63,720 nt of DNA from Octopus bimaculoides (Eukaryota). Below the pieces are notes generated by a model that ran no database searches, was not told the DNA's origin, and saw only the letters and a list, made by a program, of their open reading frames with translations. Shown one piece after another: positions 25,269 through 39,226 of this stretch (the stretch's first letter is position 1; each line of letters begins with the position of its first letter). The position numbers and the translations under genes were made by a program. The DNA is taken from contig NC_068981.1 in the NCBI RefSeq assembly GCF_001194135.2, positions 8,108,406-8,172,125 on the forward strand, read 5' to 3'.

Positions 25269-25844
25269 ATATATACATATATTATATACTTGCATATATG
25301 CATATTCATATATATATATATNNNNNNNNNNNNNNNNNNNNNNNNNNNNNNNNNNNNNNNNNNNNNNNNNNNNNNNNNNNNNNNNNNNNNNNNNNNNNNN
25401 NNNNNNNNNNNNNNNNNNNNNNNNNNNNNNNNNNNNNNNNNNNNNNNNNNNNNNNNNNNNNNNNNNNNNNNNNNNNNNNNNNNNNNNNNNNNNNNNNNNN
25501 NNNNNNNNNNNNNNNNNNNNNNNNNNNNNNNNNNNNNNNNNNNNNNNNNNNNNNNNNNNNNNNNNNNNNNNNNNNNNNNNNNNNNNNNNNNNNNNNNNNN
25601 NNNNNNNNNNNNNNNNNNNNNNNNNNNNNNNNNNNNNNNNNNNNNNNNNNNNNNNNNNNNNNNNNNNNNNNNNNNNNNNNNNNNNNNNNNNNNNNNNNNN
25701 NNNNNNNNNNNNNNNNNNNNNNNNNNNNNNNNNNNNNNNNNNNNNNNNNNNNNNNNNNNNNNNNNNNNNNNNNNNNNNNNNNNNNNNNNNNNNNNNNNNN
25801 NNNNNNNNNNNNNNNNNNNNNNNNNNNNNNNNNNNNNNNNNNNN

Positions 25845-25925
25845 GGGTCGATGTAATCGACTTAACCCCTTTGTCTGTCCTTGTTTGTCCCCTCTATGTT
25901 TAACCCCTTGTGGGCAATAAAGAAA
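25845..25925 (+). mobile_element. SINE family A 3' tail emerging from a gap
   Basis: Reverse complement of the tail at 8840-8915 (cttgtttgtcccctct...ccccttgtgggca). Confidence 0.8.
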
Positions 25926-26004
25926 AAAAGATAGATAGATGGATGGATAGGTAGATAGACAGACAGACAGACAGAGATAGACAGACAGACAGAGAAAGAC
26001 AGAC

Positions 26005-26040
<36 letters not shown>

Positions 26041-26496
26041 GCGTATATAGAATGTGTATATACATATATTATATACTTGCATATATGCATATTCATATAT
26101 ATATATATATGGCTGTATTTGTGACGGGGGTGTGAGTGCATGCATGCGTGCGTGTGCGATTGAAGCAGCCATCGTTGATGTATTTAGAATTTCGCTCTGT
26201 ATGTGTAGTTTGTCTGTCAGCTTCGGTGACCGACATTACATTAATATCCAAACAACGACCGACGCAGCAACCATTTTTAGATTGCGATTATGTCTGCAAG
26301 TGCTAAGTGCAAAGTCTACTAATTCGCTCTATTTGTAAAAGATTTTAAGGGCGAAAAGCATTTTAAAAGAAAGTGTCAGGGCTACTTTTCTTAATGAAAA
26401 ATAATGACCGTTAAATGGTGAAATGTGTTGAAATTCTATCAGACAACAAACCTACCCAGTAAGCAAACTGTCTTTCAAATAAATACGAAAATAGTA

Positions 26497-26523
26497 ATAA
26501 TGATGATGATGATGATGATGATG

Positions 26524-26590
<67 letters not shown>

Positions 26591-26640
26591 CAACAACAAC
26601 AACAACAAAGATGGCGTTGGTGATGATGATGATGATGAAA
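26497..26640. repeat. Compound (GAT)n(AAT)n(CAA)n microsatellite
   Basis: Direct reading. Confidence 0.95.
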
Positions 26641-26986
26641 TAAGACATTGTAGTGTCGGATAACAAACACTTTTATTGGATAAAATAGCAATTGTGTGCG
26701 TATATGTAAACGTCTTCTGGGGACAGATTTTTGACATGTTGAACATTTTCTTTGTCTTTTCTATCTTTTATTTATTGATTTTTCTTTTGCTTTTGTTCAA
26801 TATATTTTCTTTTTCTGTTCACTCGTTTTTTTTGTTTTTTTTTGTTCTTTTTTCCCCCTTTATTTTTAAGTTTTTCAAGTCGGACTCGTTGTCTTGAATT
26901 GCTTTTGGAGTTTACTGGAAACAATTCTTCATAACAACAACAACAAAATTAATAATAACAATAATAATAATAATAATAACAATAAC

Positions 26987-27060
<74 letters not shown>

Positions 27061-29210
27061 ATGAATGAATGAATAAGCAGATAATAAATGAAATCTTTAG
27101 TTGAAGCACTTGGCAAAGCAGTATAGTAATCATAAAAATTTTATACTCGGTCGGCCATTAAGCAGCGAGAGATTCATTAACACACGCATGCGCACACACA
27201 CGCACACACACATGCACATGTACATACTCACACACACAACAACAAAATCTCACTCGTATAAAAATTCAACAACAATGCAAGAAATCTACTCGTATCATGT
27301 TCATATTTAACTTTTTCCATCACATAAAAATTACGTATATANNNNNNNNNNNNNNNNNNNNNNNNNNNNNNNNNNNNNNNNNNNNNNNNNNNNNNNNNNN
27401 NNNNNNNNNNNNNNNNNNNNNNNNNNNNNNNNNNNNNNNNNNNNNNNNNNNNNNNNNNNNNNNNNNNNNNNNNNNNNNNNNNNNNNNNNNNNNNNNNNNN
27501 NNNNNNNNNNNNNNNNNNNNNNNNNNNNNNNNNNNNNNNNNNNNNNNNNNNNNNNNNNNNNNNNNNNNNNNNNNNNNNNNNNNNNNNNNNNNNNNNNNNN
27601 NNNNNNNNNNNNNNNNNNNNNNNNNNNNNNNNNNNNNNNNNNNNNNNNNNNNNNNNNNNNNNNNNNNNNNNNNNNNNNNNNNNNNNNNNNNNNNNNNNNN
27701 NNNNNNNNNNNNNNNATATATATATATATATATATATACGAACGTAGATATGTTTACGTTTTTATTCATTTCAAGTTTATTGTTATCATATGCAAGTGAA
27801 ACGGAAATGTTGTATGGATTGATATTATTATTGTTATTGTTGCTGTTGTTATTATTAATATTATTTATGCAGATGTATGTACACACACACAACAGATATA
27901 TATATATATATATGAATGTGTGTATATTAATCTATAAATACGTGCATACATAGAAACATACATACATATCTATATACAAACATACATGCACACACGTTCC
28001 TCGTATACACTCTGACACACATATATATAAGTATACAAACACACACATATTTATTGTATGTCTGTATATTATAGGAATATGCGTGAGTGTGTGACTGTAA
28101 ACTAAACGTAGTTGATGATGCATTCTAATAAGAACTTACAATATTTCTTTGGTTATCTTTTGAAGACTTCGTTGCTGAATTTGTTTTGGTTGAAATCATA
28201 AGTCTTTGAAACATCTACTTTGTGAAGGTAGCTTGCATTGAATGAAATGTCAAGGATTCTTGCACGACAATGGCATGTCCTCGTTGGTAATGAAGCGATA
28301 AAGCATGAAGAAGATACCTGTGCTTGGAATCAAGAATATTGGTTGAATATTCTTGCTTGCAATATCAGAAGCGTACTACGTGAAATGAAACATGCCATTC
28401 GTGTCGTGTATAAACAGATAAACAGCACATTGGTTTTCTTCTAGAATTTGATACTTCTTGTTAATAAGACCATATTATCTAGCGGAGAAATTCTGCTACC
28501 GACCGCGACAGTGTTGGTTTACCCAAGGACCAAAGAAGAAGATAACGTTTCGAATCCTACTAAGGATGTTTTTTGATACTAAACAAAACGCATGTAACAT
28601 TTAAGAACATTCTACTTCTAACACACACACACGTTTACATGCATATATATACATATATACATGTATATACATGTGTTTACATGTGTGCGTGTGCGTGCAT
28701 ATGTGTGTGTGCGCGTACGCGCGTACGTGCGTACGTACTGACAGACAATCCACGTGTTTGGCAACGAAAGAAGTAGACGCCAATATCGTTGAAGTGGACG
28801 ACTATATTTTATGCAGGATTCAAGTATGAAACCCGTAATAGACACACGACGCGACACCTCATGGACGGTGGCTTTAAAAAGAATAATATTATATCGTATG
28901 GTGCCGGAAAATCCCGAGCATTGGATGTAATTGTTCCGGAAATCTCACAAGCGTTAGATCTTGAGCCTACAATGGACCGTGGACCGCACACCAGGGTATA
29001 CTCCTGTGCGGTTTTACGTATGCGTTGAGTGTATTTGGTGTGTAGTTGTGGATGTATGCGTAACTGGAAGGAAGAAATCCATTTATACTTTAGTAAGTAC
29101 GTGAATATCCGTACACGCTGTTGATACACAGGTATGCTGTCTTCGACTCTACCTTGGTGTCTTTGTTATTAAAATACTTTGATTCTATTTGATCCGGAAA
29201 ATAATTCTGC

Positions 29211-29289
<79 letters not shown>

Positions 29290-29294
29290 CAAAA

Positions 29295-29645
29295 ATTAGG
29301 AAATTGAATAGATAAAATCCAGGCTCCATATGTTTCATATCTAGCGGAACTTCGGAAGTAGTAACTATCCAAACGAGGAGTAGACCTCAAGTTACTCTTC
29401 AAGCCAAGGATACCTTGATTATATGAAGTTTTGTATTGCCGTTAGGAGATCCCGTGTTAACTCGCAAGGGATTCGATCAAAACCACGGGATCTCCTAACG
29501 ACAATGTAAACTTCATATAATTAGATTGTCCTTGGCTTGATGAGTAGCTTGTGGTCTACCCCTCGCTTGGATAATTTACTGCTTTTGAGGTTCCACTAGC
29601 TATGAAACATATGTAGCCTGGATTTTAACTACTCCATTCCCTAAT
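29295..29645. mobile_element. 351-bp foldback element (~160-bp imperfect arms, ~27-nt loop), MITE-like
   Basis: taaaatccaggctccatatgtttcata / tatgaaacatatgtagcctggatttta; ttaggagatcccgtg / cacgggatctcctaa; right end cctaa followed by ta. Confidence 0.8.
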
Positions 29646-30779
29646 ATATCCGCCATTACTGAGCTAGGTAAAGGAAAAGAATTAGATTCAAGACAAGATT
29701 CTTGACTAGACAGCCTTCCGATTAGATAGATAGCTTCTTGATTAGACAGACAGACACGCAGACAGACAGGATAGATAGGCTACAACGAACAAGGCATTCA
29801 CTGGTACTGTTAAAAATTACCGAGTTATAAATACTTGGCGCAAGCAATTCAAACAGCATTAGATTTTAAACGTCATTAGTGTATCATTCTTAACGTGTGT
29901 ACAACACTGAAAGGTACGATGCTGTTTTTTAGTTTGCTTTTGTTTCTTTTTTGATGAAAGAAAATCTCTTCATAGATATGTGTTAAGAACAATATATATA
30001 TCGGAGCGAGACGAACGTTGAAACCTGTGACGTTATACTTAACTCTACTTTCTATCAATGACAGAGTGATGTCAACTTATTTCTCTGCGGTAGGATATAT
30101 GAAGCGATAGTATCTTAATTTAGTCGCTGTATCTACATGACTTTGATTAAATATTTTATGAATAGTTTGTTGAGCCTCAGCTCTTAATGTTGATAGACGA
30201 CTGATTATTATGACCGATAGCCAGCTTGGTTGTGGTGTGGGCTGTAATGAAGTATTTAGTAGAATTGATACAAATGAAATCATCAAAAGCAGCGTCTTTA
30301 GCGGTTAAGTAATGGAAGAGCAGACGATAAGCCTTGGGCCAGAGATAATGAATGTTAAGAAGCGAAAGTCCAACGATTAGTGGAAATTAGTCTAACAACT
30401 GACCGGAATATATTAGTGATGGAATTTTCTTCTTCACAAATTACTATTGTGAAAGAGCGACTGTCAAACACGATTTGAAATATTGATTTCTTGTTAAAGT
30501 CTTCATAATTTCTATGATAAGATAAATGCGTGATGTCCATGCCTTTCTGATAAATGTAAAAGACAGAAGAGGGGCAGAAGAGGCGGAAGTGAATGAAACT
30601 GACTCCAAGCAGAAATAAAGATTTGCTTCGTTATGAGCTGGAATCAATTCATGCCAGTTGCTATTCACAGATAGCGATTTCCTAAAACACGCAAGGTACC
30701 ACAGATCTATCATAGAGAATGGATTGAGATTTTAGGACAGAATTAAGCTGGTCCCAATGGTATTGTGTCTTTTATCTTT

Positions 30780-30983
30780 TACTACTTTCAACCCCGGCAC
30801 CACATTTATTTTCTAAGTCTGGTACTTATTCCTTCCATTCCTTTTGCCGAGCCGCTAAGTTACGAAGAAGTAAAAGAAACGAAACTGGTTTCAAGCAGTA
30901 GGTGGAGGACAAACACAAAAACACACGCGTGCGCGCGCACACACACATTATATATACATAATTATGACTGGTTATATATATAA

Positions 30984-31039
<56 letters not shown>

Positions 31040-31200
31040 CGGTCTTCCACATAGTTTCCGTCAGCGAAATTCCCCGCCAAAGCATTGGTGGACTGGAGCT
31101 ATAATAATAGAAGATATTTGCCCAAAGTGCCGTAGAGTGGGGCTGAACTTGAAACCAAGCTGTTGCAATGCAAGCTTCTTAACCATACCACCATGTCTGT
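30780..31200 (-). mobile_element. Old SINE family D copy with internal (TA)n expansion
   Basis: ggtacttatt...ttttgccgagccgctaagttacg and tttgcccaaagtgcc...gctgaacttgaaacc. Confidence 0.7.
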
Positions 31201-31807
31201 GTATATAGGGGAGAAAATTGCTAAAAACGGTGGCCGTTCTGAGTGGAGATGGCATCTTCGGAGGGGACAAAGAACCACAGCAATAAGCCCAGGTTAGGAC
31301 ATCCATGATTACAAAAACAACTACTTTTGAAATTTGATAAATTTCAAAAGGTGAGAAAATGAGGAATTTATTTTCGTCTGGGTCAAGGTAAGCGCAGGTC
31401 ATGGACTTTAATTACCTGAATGATAATTAGTCTAGCTAACCAACTGGGTCGTGATGTAATTTCAACTAAGAAGAGTTTACAGTGAAACAATACCAAAATA
31501 AATCAAGACAAACACATGGTGTTTCACAGTGACCCCTATCTTCATTGATATATTAGATTGACCCCTAACATAAAGGTATTCTGATAGCGGGAGAAGGGCG
31601 CTAGAATCGATTATATAGACATATTCTCCTCTAGCATTTAATACTTTTATCTTTTTTTTGTTTGTTTTTTTTAACCTTGGATCACGGGGCAAATCACATA
31701 AAGCTGTAAATGATATCATGTCAATAAGGGGTTGAAAACCCGTTTAAGATAAAAGTCGCAGGATAACCTTTAACTTTTTCTATCCAAAAGGGTTTTTATC
31801 ACCAAAG

Positions 31808-32010
31808 TGAGCTGGCAGAAACGTTCACATGCCGAACAAAATGCTTAGCGACATTTCTACCAATTTTACATTCTGTGTTCAATTTCTGCCGTATTTCATT
31901 GTTTCGGTGGTCGATAAAATAAGTGCCAAGTGTTTACACTAGGGTCGATGTAACTGACTAGTTACGTCTCAAAAGTTCCAGGCTTAGAACCTATAGAAGA
32001 AAGTATTTTA
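31808..32010 (+). mobile_element. SINE family A, diverged
   Basis: gagctggcagaaacgtt...aaatgcttagcg...gtcgataaaataagtgcca...gggtcgatgtaac. Confidence 0.8.
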
Positions 32011-32405
32011 TTGACAAGTCTCAAGATTCAATGTTCAAAGAGAAAAGATTTATTTCGCGTTATCTCAGAATTTTATAACTTCTTATGATGCCAGTGACGG
32101 GTATTTATTTTATCAACCCTAGAGCGAGAAAAGGCTTCGGTGATTCCGACAGGCTTTGAAGAGAGGATGATGAAGTGAGACAACTGTGATGATTCTACTA
32201 ACCCCACCCGTGATGTTGACTCAACGCTACACAGTTCTGCAGACGATGTATTCAATCGAAGCAACAAACATTTCTGCATAAATATTTATTTTATTAATTT
32301 CAGAAAAAAAATAAAAGACGAAAACGTGGCTGTGTGGTAAGGTTACTTCTCAACCACATGGTTCTGAGTTCAGTCCCATNNNNNNNNNNGTGTATGTGTG
32401 TGTGT

Positions 32406-32460
<55 letters not shown>

Positions 32461-33391
32461 CCAATCTTTATCGCCAACTTAACGTGACTGTCATGTTAGA
32501 ACACCGAATACTGCCATATTTACTCCGAGAGGACCTCTGATATGGATATCGTTGACAGTCGAGAATTGTCTTCTATTGGCGCTGGAACTACCAGATCATG
32601 TGATTGTGACATGCTGCATATCTTCGGGGTCAGTTCCCCGCTCACCGCATACCAGCCAAATTTCACTGCTAACGATATATAAATTTATCGTGGCTTTTCT
32701 GTCACTGATGTCGCAGCATTATTGGTCATCGGAACAATGGTTTGGCCGGATCGTTAAAGTTCCAGACAAAATGCGTGATACTGTTTAGAAACAGCCATTT
32801 ACGTTCTGTGTTCAAATCCTGTCCAGATCATTTTTATCTTCAATATACTCTGGGCCAAAGAAATAAAGTACCAGTGAAATATTCTGGTGGATTTCATCGA
32901 CTTTTACATCCTAGAAAAGTTGTAGCTTTGTGCCAATTTTAGAAATCGATATTATTAGTCACTATTGATCTAATATGTTCCAGGTGTCACTGTTAGACAA
33001 GTAAAATTATTTCTACGTAAAAAACTGAGTTATTGATGATATCAAAATAAATATTTAACGCAAACATTCTTTGTTAATGTCTAATGAGAATGCTTTAAGA
33101 ATTTCACTACAAAGGTTGATATGGACATTGGTAAATTTACTCAGTTACCGCTAGAGTTATGTAAATACACACACACACACACATACACGCATACATATAT
33201 GTATGTGTGTACATCTATACGTATATATATGTGTACATACACACAAAGATATTTACACAAACTCATCTATGTAAACAAACACATGTATACATACACATGC
33301 ACGCTAAAGTGCACTAACATAATTATATAAAGATGCACACATATATACGTATACAAACATATGTATACATATATGTATGCATATGTAAATA

Positions 33392-33424
<33 letters not shown>

Positions 33425-33761
33425 GTGTGTGTGTGTGTGTATATGACAAAACTATAAAAATATTTACACAAATACATGCATACATATGCTTACTAAAATG
33501 CACAGTTATATTCATATGATGATGCACAGACACACACACAAACACACACACACACACATATATATACACACAATAACATACATCAAACGCATTCAGCTAC
33601 ACAGACCGAACGACGTTCAATAACCAGTTGCTATTAAGAAAAGCTGGTCCAATTGCTGACATCTTGTAAATATTATCACAAGATAAATCAGTTCACTTTA
33701 GTAGACGGAAGAAAAGAATGAAATAACGAAGAAAGGAAGGAAGGAAACGACGAAAAGACAG

Positions 33762-33769
<8 letters not shown>

Positions 33770-33823
<54 letters not shown>
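33770..33823. repeat. (GAAA)n microsatellite
   Basis: Direct reading. Confidence 0.95.
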
Positions 33824-33824
<1 letters not shown>

Positions 33825-33991
33825 AGGAGTGATAATAAATTTCCAATTGTTTAGTTAATTATTTGATCGATTGTTTGATTACTTTGAAATATGTTTCAAT
33901 TGATTAATGACTTCCGGTTTGTTATGGCGAAATCAGCAATAACTTGATTTCTTATTTAACATACAAACCGCCATTTTGTTAATGGAGTTTC

Positions 33992-34037
<46 letters not shown>

Positions 34038-34154
34038 GCTGCTGTTGTTGCTGCTTTTGTTTATCCCAGGAAAATGAGAGAATTGATGTGACAGACCCCT
34101 GTTTAAACACGTTCCAACCGTGACCGTCACGTTTTCTTTTTAGACGTAGTCACG

Positions 34155-34275
34155 GTGGCGACCTAGCAGAAACGTTAACACGTTGGGAAAATGCTTATCG
34201 GCATTTCTTTCCACTCATTGAGACCTGGGATACAAATTCCTCTGCGGTCGACTTTTCTTTTTATCCTCTCAAGGT
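34155..34275 (+). mobile_element. SINE family A head fragment
   Basis: ggcgacctagcagaaacgttaacacg...aaatgcttatcggcatttc. Confidence 0.7.
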
Positions 34276-34594
34276 CTATCATGGACTACATACTTCAATA
34301 TGTCCTTCATTCTTTTAATTGGTAGGTTGTGATTTGAAGGAAATTTGGTTGCTATTTCAAGAATGTCAGCATCAGTTTTCTTATAAAGAGGAACAGTATA
34401 GATGATAGCAATTTATCCCCCATAGTATTACTGATATCTATTATATTGATTTTGGAAAGTGAAAATATGAAACCGAGTTCGATGAGAACTGAACTCACAA
34501 CTAACAGCAAATAAGCATTATTGATTCAATCATGAACACCAATGATCTAACTTCAGTTATCTCCCCTTTATAATATGGAGCTATAATTACTCTG

Positions 34595-34922
34595 TGATGG
34601 CGCGTGGCTTAGTGGTTTGCGTATTCGGCTCAGGATTATATGGACGTGAGTTCGATTCCCGGTGAAGCGTTGAGTCCTTAGGCAAGACACTTTATTTCAC
34701 GTTGCTCCAGTCCACTCGGCTGGCAAAAATGAGAAGTATCTGTATTTGAGAAGGCGAGCCGTGTCGCATTCTATGTCACGCTGTATCTCCCTAAGAACTG
34801 CATTAAGGGTACGCATGCCTGTGGAGTACTCAGCCACTTGCACGTTGATTTTACGAGCAAGCTTTTTCGTTGATCGGATCATCACGAACACTGATCGTCG
34901 TAACCACCGACGGAGTGCCAGT
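34595..34922 (+). mobile_element. SINE family B, full length with 13-bp TSD
   Basis: ggcgcgtggcttagtggtt (A box), gttcgattccc (B box); tataattactctg at 34582-34594 and 34923-34935. Confidence 0.9.
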
Positions 34923-36271
34923 TATAATTACTCTGAGTTTCAGTAAAGCGTCGCCTTTGAATCTGCTCAATTTGGACTGAACAACAACTACTCGGGGTAA
35001 TATTTCGACACAGATTACGGAATACAAATATTTTGAAGAAAAGTTTCATTTTTTCTTTATTATTCTTTTTATTTTTCGTGAATTTTATTACTAAATTCTG
35101 AAGATCTTTCAGAAATTGAGATGGACTAATATAGTTCCTCTTTGTAATTCCTTTAATATCTCTTAGAAACTATATTGGGCAATGGCAATACTCTGGAAGT
35201 CGTTAAGCACCAACCAAGTATTCGTCTCCATGTTTTGAATGGAAGACAAATCAATCAGATGACCTTCATCCTAAGAGAATCGGTAGAATGAAGAACAAAT
35301 TACCTTTAAGTTCAGCCTGGTGTCAACTTTAAACTTTCTGCTTCCGGGGTCAATAAATTTCATCCATGCCATACTTCAGCAGACTCGATACATAAGTATC
35401 GATCAATATCTTCCCCTCCCAAATTGCATGACTTTCTGTCACTGAGANNNNNNNNNNGGGGGGGGGGGGAGATGCTGAGGGGGTCGGATAAAACGCTTTG
35501 AATTCTACATTCTAGTTCTCTGAACTCTAAATTCGAAACCCATTGAGATCAGAACTACCTGCTCAGGGCGAGGGATTGATGGAATTATTCGAGGGTCGGA
35601 ATATTCTTGGTGCGATATGTTCCGGATCTTTGAATTATGATGACAACGTCTTCGAGGAATGGTTTCTTTGCACAGTTATCAATAGCATCAAGAGATGTCA
35701 CTTGCATGCATCGGTGGTGGCTACTTTTCAAAACAAACCCCTTCTCTAAGACTGCATCTCGGAGAGGAAATTTTCCGGGGACAGATCCATTGCTTCATAA
35801 CACATATGGAACACACACACACACACACACACAGTAGGATGGCTCGGTGATCGAAATCAATAATTAATCTCTATGATAGAGTTGCAAGTATCAAATATAA
35901 ATTAATCCAGACAAGATTCGAACTCGAAACTCCGAAATACGAAACTCAATACGGCAAATCATTTCGCGCGTTATCATTCCTAAGAGCTACTATGACACAT
36001 AGGTGAGGTCGGACATTGTAGAGGTGATTATTTTGTTGACCCTGAAGGAATAAAAGACAAAGTCAACATCAGTGAGTTTGGAACTCACGAGGTAAAGCGA
36101 CAAAACTAAATACAAGAGTTACAGATATCTCTGTCTACGAACGCTCATTTGTAATACAACATTGACTTCTAACATAGAGACGAGGCCACAAATGATTTGA
36201 GGAGTGGGGGTAGGTGAGGTATAGTCAATTACATTGATCTCCATATTACTCTGGTGCTCTGTTTCATCGAT

Positions 36272-36690
36272 GAAGCGCAAGCGTGGCTGTGTGATAAGAA
36301 GTTTGCTTCACAACTTTATGGTTCCGATTTCAATCCCTCTGCGTGGCACCTTGGGCAAGTGTCTTCCAATATAGCCTCGGGCTTCGGACCTTGTGAGTGG
36401 ATTTGATAGGCGGAAACTGAAAGAAGCCTGACATATGTGTGTGTGTGTGTGCGCGCGCGCGCGTATGTGTGTTTCTTTGTGTCTGTATTTGTCCCCATAA
36501 CCGCTTGAAAACCGGTGTTGGTGTTTTTACATCCCCATAACTTAGCAATTCGGCAAATGAGTCCGATAGCATAAGTACGCGGTTTTAAAAAATAAGTACC
36601 GAGGTCGATTCATTCGACTAAAAATTCCCCAAGGCAGTGCCCCAGTATGGCCGCAGTGTAATGACTGAAACAAATAAAGGATAAAAGATA
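36272..36690 (+). mobile_element. SINE family D, full length
   Basis: gcgcaagcgtggctgtgtgataagaag head through atgactgaaacaaataaaggataaaaga tail. Confidence 0.88.
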
Positions 36691-37602
36691 AATGGTAGAC
36701 GGATCAGAGACGGAGTGGATCTTGCAGGGATTTGAACTCACAAATCAACAGACCATGGCTAAACGCCGCGAATCATTTCGTCCTTCACTCTGAATAGAGA
36801 ATGCGGCAAAAAGCCTCCCACATTTCACACGCCATGTATGGATGTAAATGCTGATGGAAACGGAGAAAGAAAAAAGACAATTAAACATTAACTACATGGA
36901 GACAGCATCATCACTTGCTTAACTACACTAGCGCCACTGTAAATGCCGTGTAAAATACGGGAAGTTTTTATTGGCCGCTATCTCTATTTGTTCCGCTCCA
37001 CTACCTTCAGCGTCCTCAACATCTATAATACAATATTAACCGCTTTCTAAGCGTTTTTATATAAATTACTGATTGAATCCGGGTCGTTGAAATCCAAAGA
37101 ATATGACGGAAATGGCTGTGGCGAGAGGTAAGAGCAAAACAAAGAAATCACAACCAGTGGAATGGTAAATAGAAAAAGGCAGAGATATTATTAGCAGAAT
37201 TAAACGAATCACTTGACCTTCTCCCTCTTCGTCTCTCCTGCTGTCTCTCTCTCTCTCTTCTTCAACTCTCTCCTCCAACTACAAACCCAATCACTTAATA
37301 CCTTTGTAAAATACATGAAAGTCGACTCGCTAGCAAACTGGAATTCCTGAACAACGCTGACAAAGGAATAATTGATTAACCAATAGAAATAAACGGAAAT
37401 CAATATAGAACGGTAATTAGCATTTTCTACCTTTTCCGCCTTCCTATAGAAGAGTTCCAATTTGCAACAGATGCTTCAATTGCTTTGTATAGTCAGAGAT
37501 CATTTGCGTTTATTAGTAGGATGATGGCGGCGTGAAGTAGTTTGGTGGCGTCGTAGGGTGGTGGTGTCGTAGACTGTTAAAAACCCGTATATGGAAAGAT
37601 CT

Positions 37603-37822
37603 TTTACTTACTTTTTTCAGTCATTAGAGTGCGGCCATGCTGGAGCACGCTTTGAAGAGTTTTTAGTCCAATGAATCAACCCCAGTACTTATATTTATTT
37701 TTTATTTTGGTGCTTATTTCACCGATCATTTTTTGCCGAAATACTAAGTTACGTGGACGAAAACAAACCAAGACCGGTTGTCGAGCAGTGATGGCAGACA
37801 AACATAAATACAAAATCGCACA

Positions 37823-37911
<89 letters not shown>

Positions 37912-38114
37912 ACACATACACACACACACACACACACACATAAATGTATATACAACAAGCCTCCTTCAGCCTCCTGATACCAAATCCACTGATAAGGCTT
38001 TGGTCGGCCTGAGGCTATAATAGAATACACTTGCCCAAGGTGTCACGCTGTGGGATTGAACTCGGAACGTATGGTTGGGCAACAAAGTTCTTATCACACA
38101 GTTACGCCTACGCC
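37603..38114 (-). mobile_element. SINE family D, full length with internal (CA)n expansion
   Basis: tttcagtcattagagtgcggccatgctggagcac...aaggctttggtcggcctgagg...cacacagttacgcctacgcct. Confidence 0.85.
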
Positions 38115-38148
38115 TAATGCATGTATATGTATGTATATACATATACAA

Positions 38149-38990
38149 ATATATTTGGCTTTTGTTGACTTGGAGAAAGCCTTTGACAGGATCACCAGAC
38201 CCCTTATCTTGTGGTCAATGCGGAAAATGGAGACAGACGAGTGGTTCGTAAGAGCAGTACAAGCCATGTACAAGGATGCTGTCAGTAAGGTGAAGGTTGG
38301 CATCGAGTACAGCGAAGAATTCCGAGTAGAAGTAGTGTTCACTAAGGATCAGTCCTCAGCCCGCTCTTATTCATTATAGTCCTCCAAGCAATAACACAGG
38401 AATTCAAGACAGGCTGCCCCTGGGAGCTCCTCTATGCTGATGTCCCCGCCAGAACTAGAGACGAAGTTTCAGGTATGGAAGCAAGGTCTAGAATCGAAGG
38501 GCCTTAGAGTTAACCTAGCAAAAACCAAAGTCTTAGTAAGTAGGAAGGCTGACTAATCACAAACCCCTTTCAGGTAGATGGCCCTGATCGATCTGTAGAA
38601 AAGGCATGGCTAGAAACTCCCTAAGATGCACCCAGTGTAAGCTTTGGACACATAAAAGGTGCAGCAATATCAGAGGAAGGTTAACCGGGAATACACTTTT
38701 TGTGTATGGTAGATGCACAGGGGCAAAAAGCACTGAAGATGTACAGAAAACAGATTCCATCACATGCCAGGGGGAAAAACTGGAAGTAGTTAATAGCTTC
38801 CGCTACCTAGGTGACCAAGTCTGTAGTGAGGGTGGTTGCTCAGAGCGTAGCGGCTAGAATAAGAACAGCCTAGGCAAAGTTCATGGAACTCCTACCTCTG
38901 CTGGCAACTAAGGGTCTTTCGCTCAGAATGAAAAGTAGACAGTGTGATGCATATGTGCGATCTGCTTTGCTACACGGCAGTGAAACGAAA
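38149..38990 (+). pseudogene. RTE-clade LINE reverse transcriptase relic containing a PHD-like C4HC3 insert
   Basis: IYLAFVDLEKAFDR; H*GSVLSPLLFIIVLQ; WELLYAD (38433-38441 = YAD); GLRVNLAKTKV; FRYLG; LLHGSET; stops and frameshifts throughout. Confidence 0.92.
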
Positions 38991-39226
38991 CAGGCGTTAT
39001 AACACGACCCTGCCTTCCGCCGTTTGTAACGTCGAAGGAAGCCGAAGATTCCCGACTGGACACGACAGCTGCCTTCATTCCCTCATGAAAGGAGATAACA
39101 TTCAACATCTTGTCAGGTATACTAAGATTTTTCAGAATTTTCCATAGTGCTTGCTGGTTTCCATAGTGTCGCGGGCCTTAGTAAGGTCAACGAATATCAA
39201 GAACAACACTTGATTTTTCTCACGTA
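38991..39226 (-). pseudogene. Second RTE/BovB-like RT fragment, opposite orientation
   Basis: Minus strand REKNQVLFLIFVDLTKARDT / LWKILKNLSIPDKMLNVISFHEGMKAAV...FDVTNGGRQGRVITP. Confidence 0.85.
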
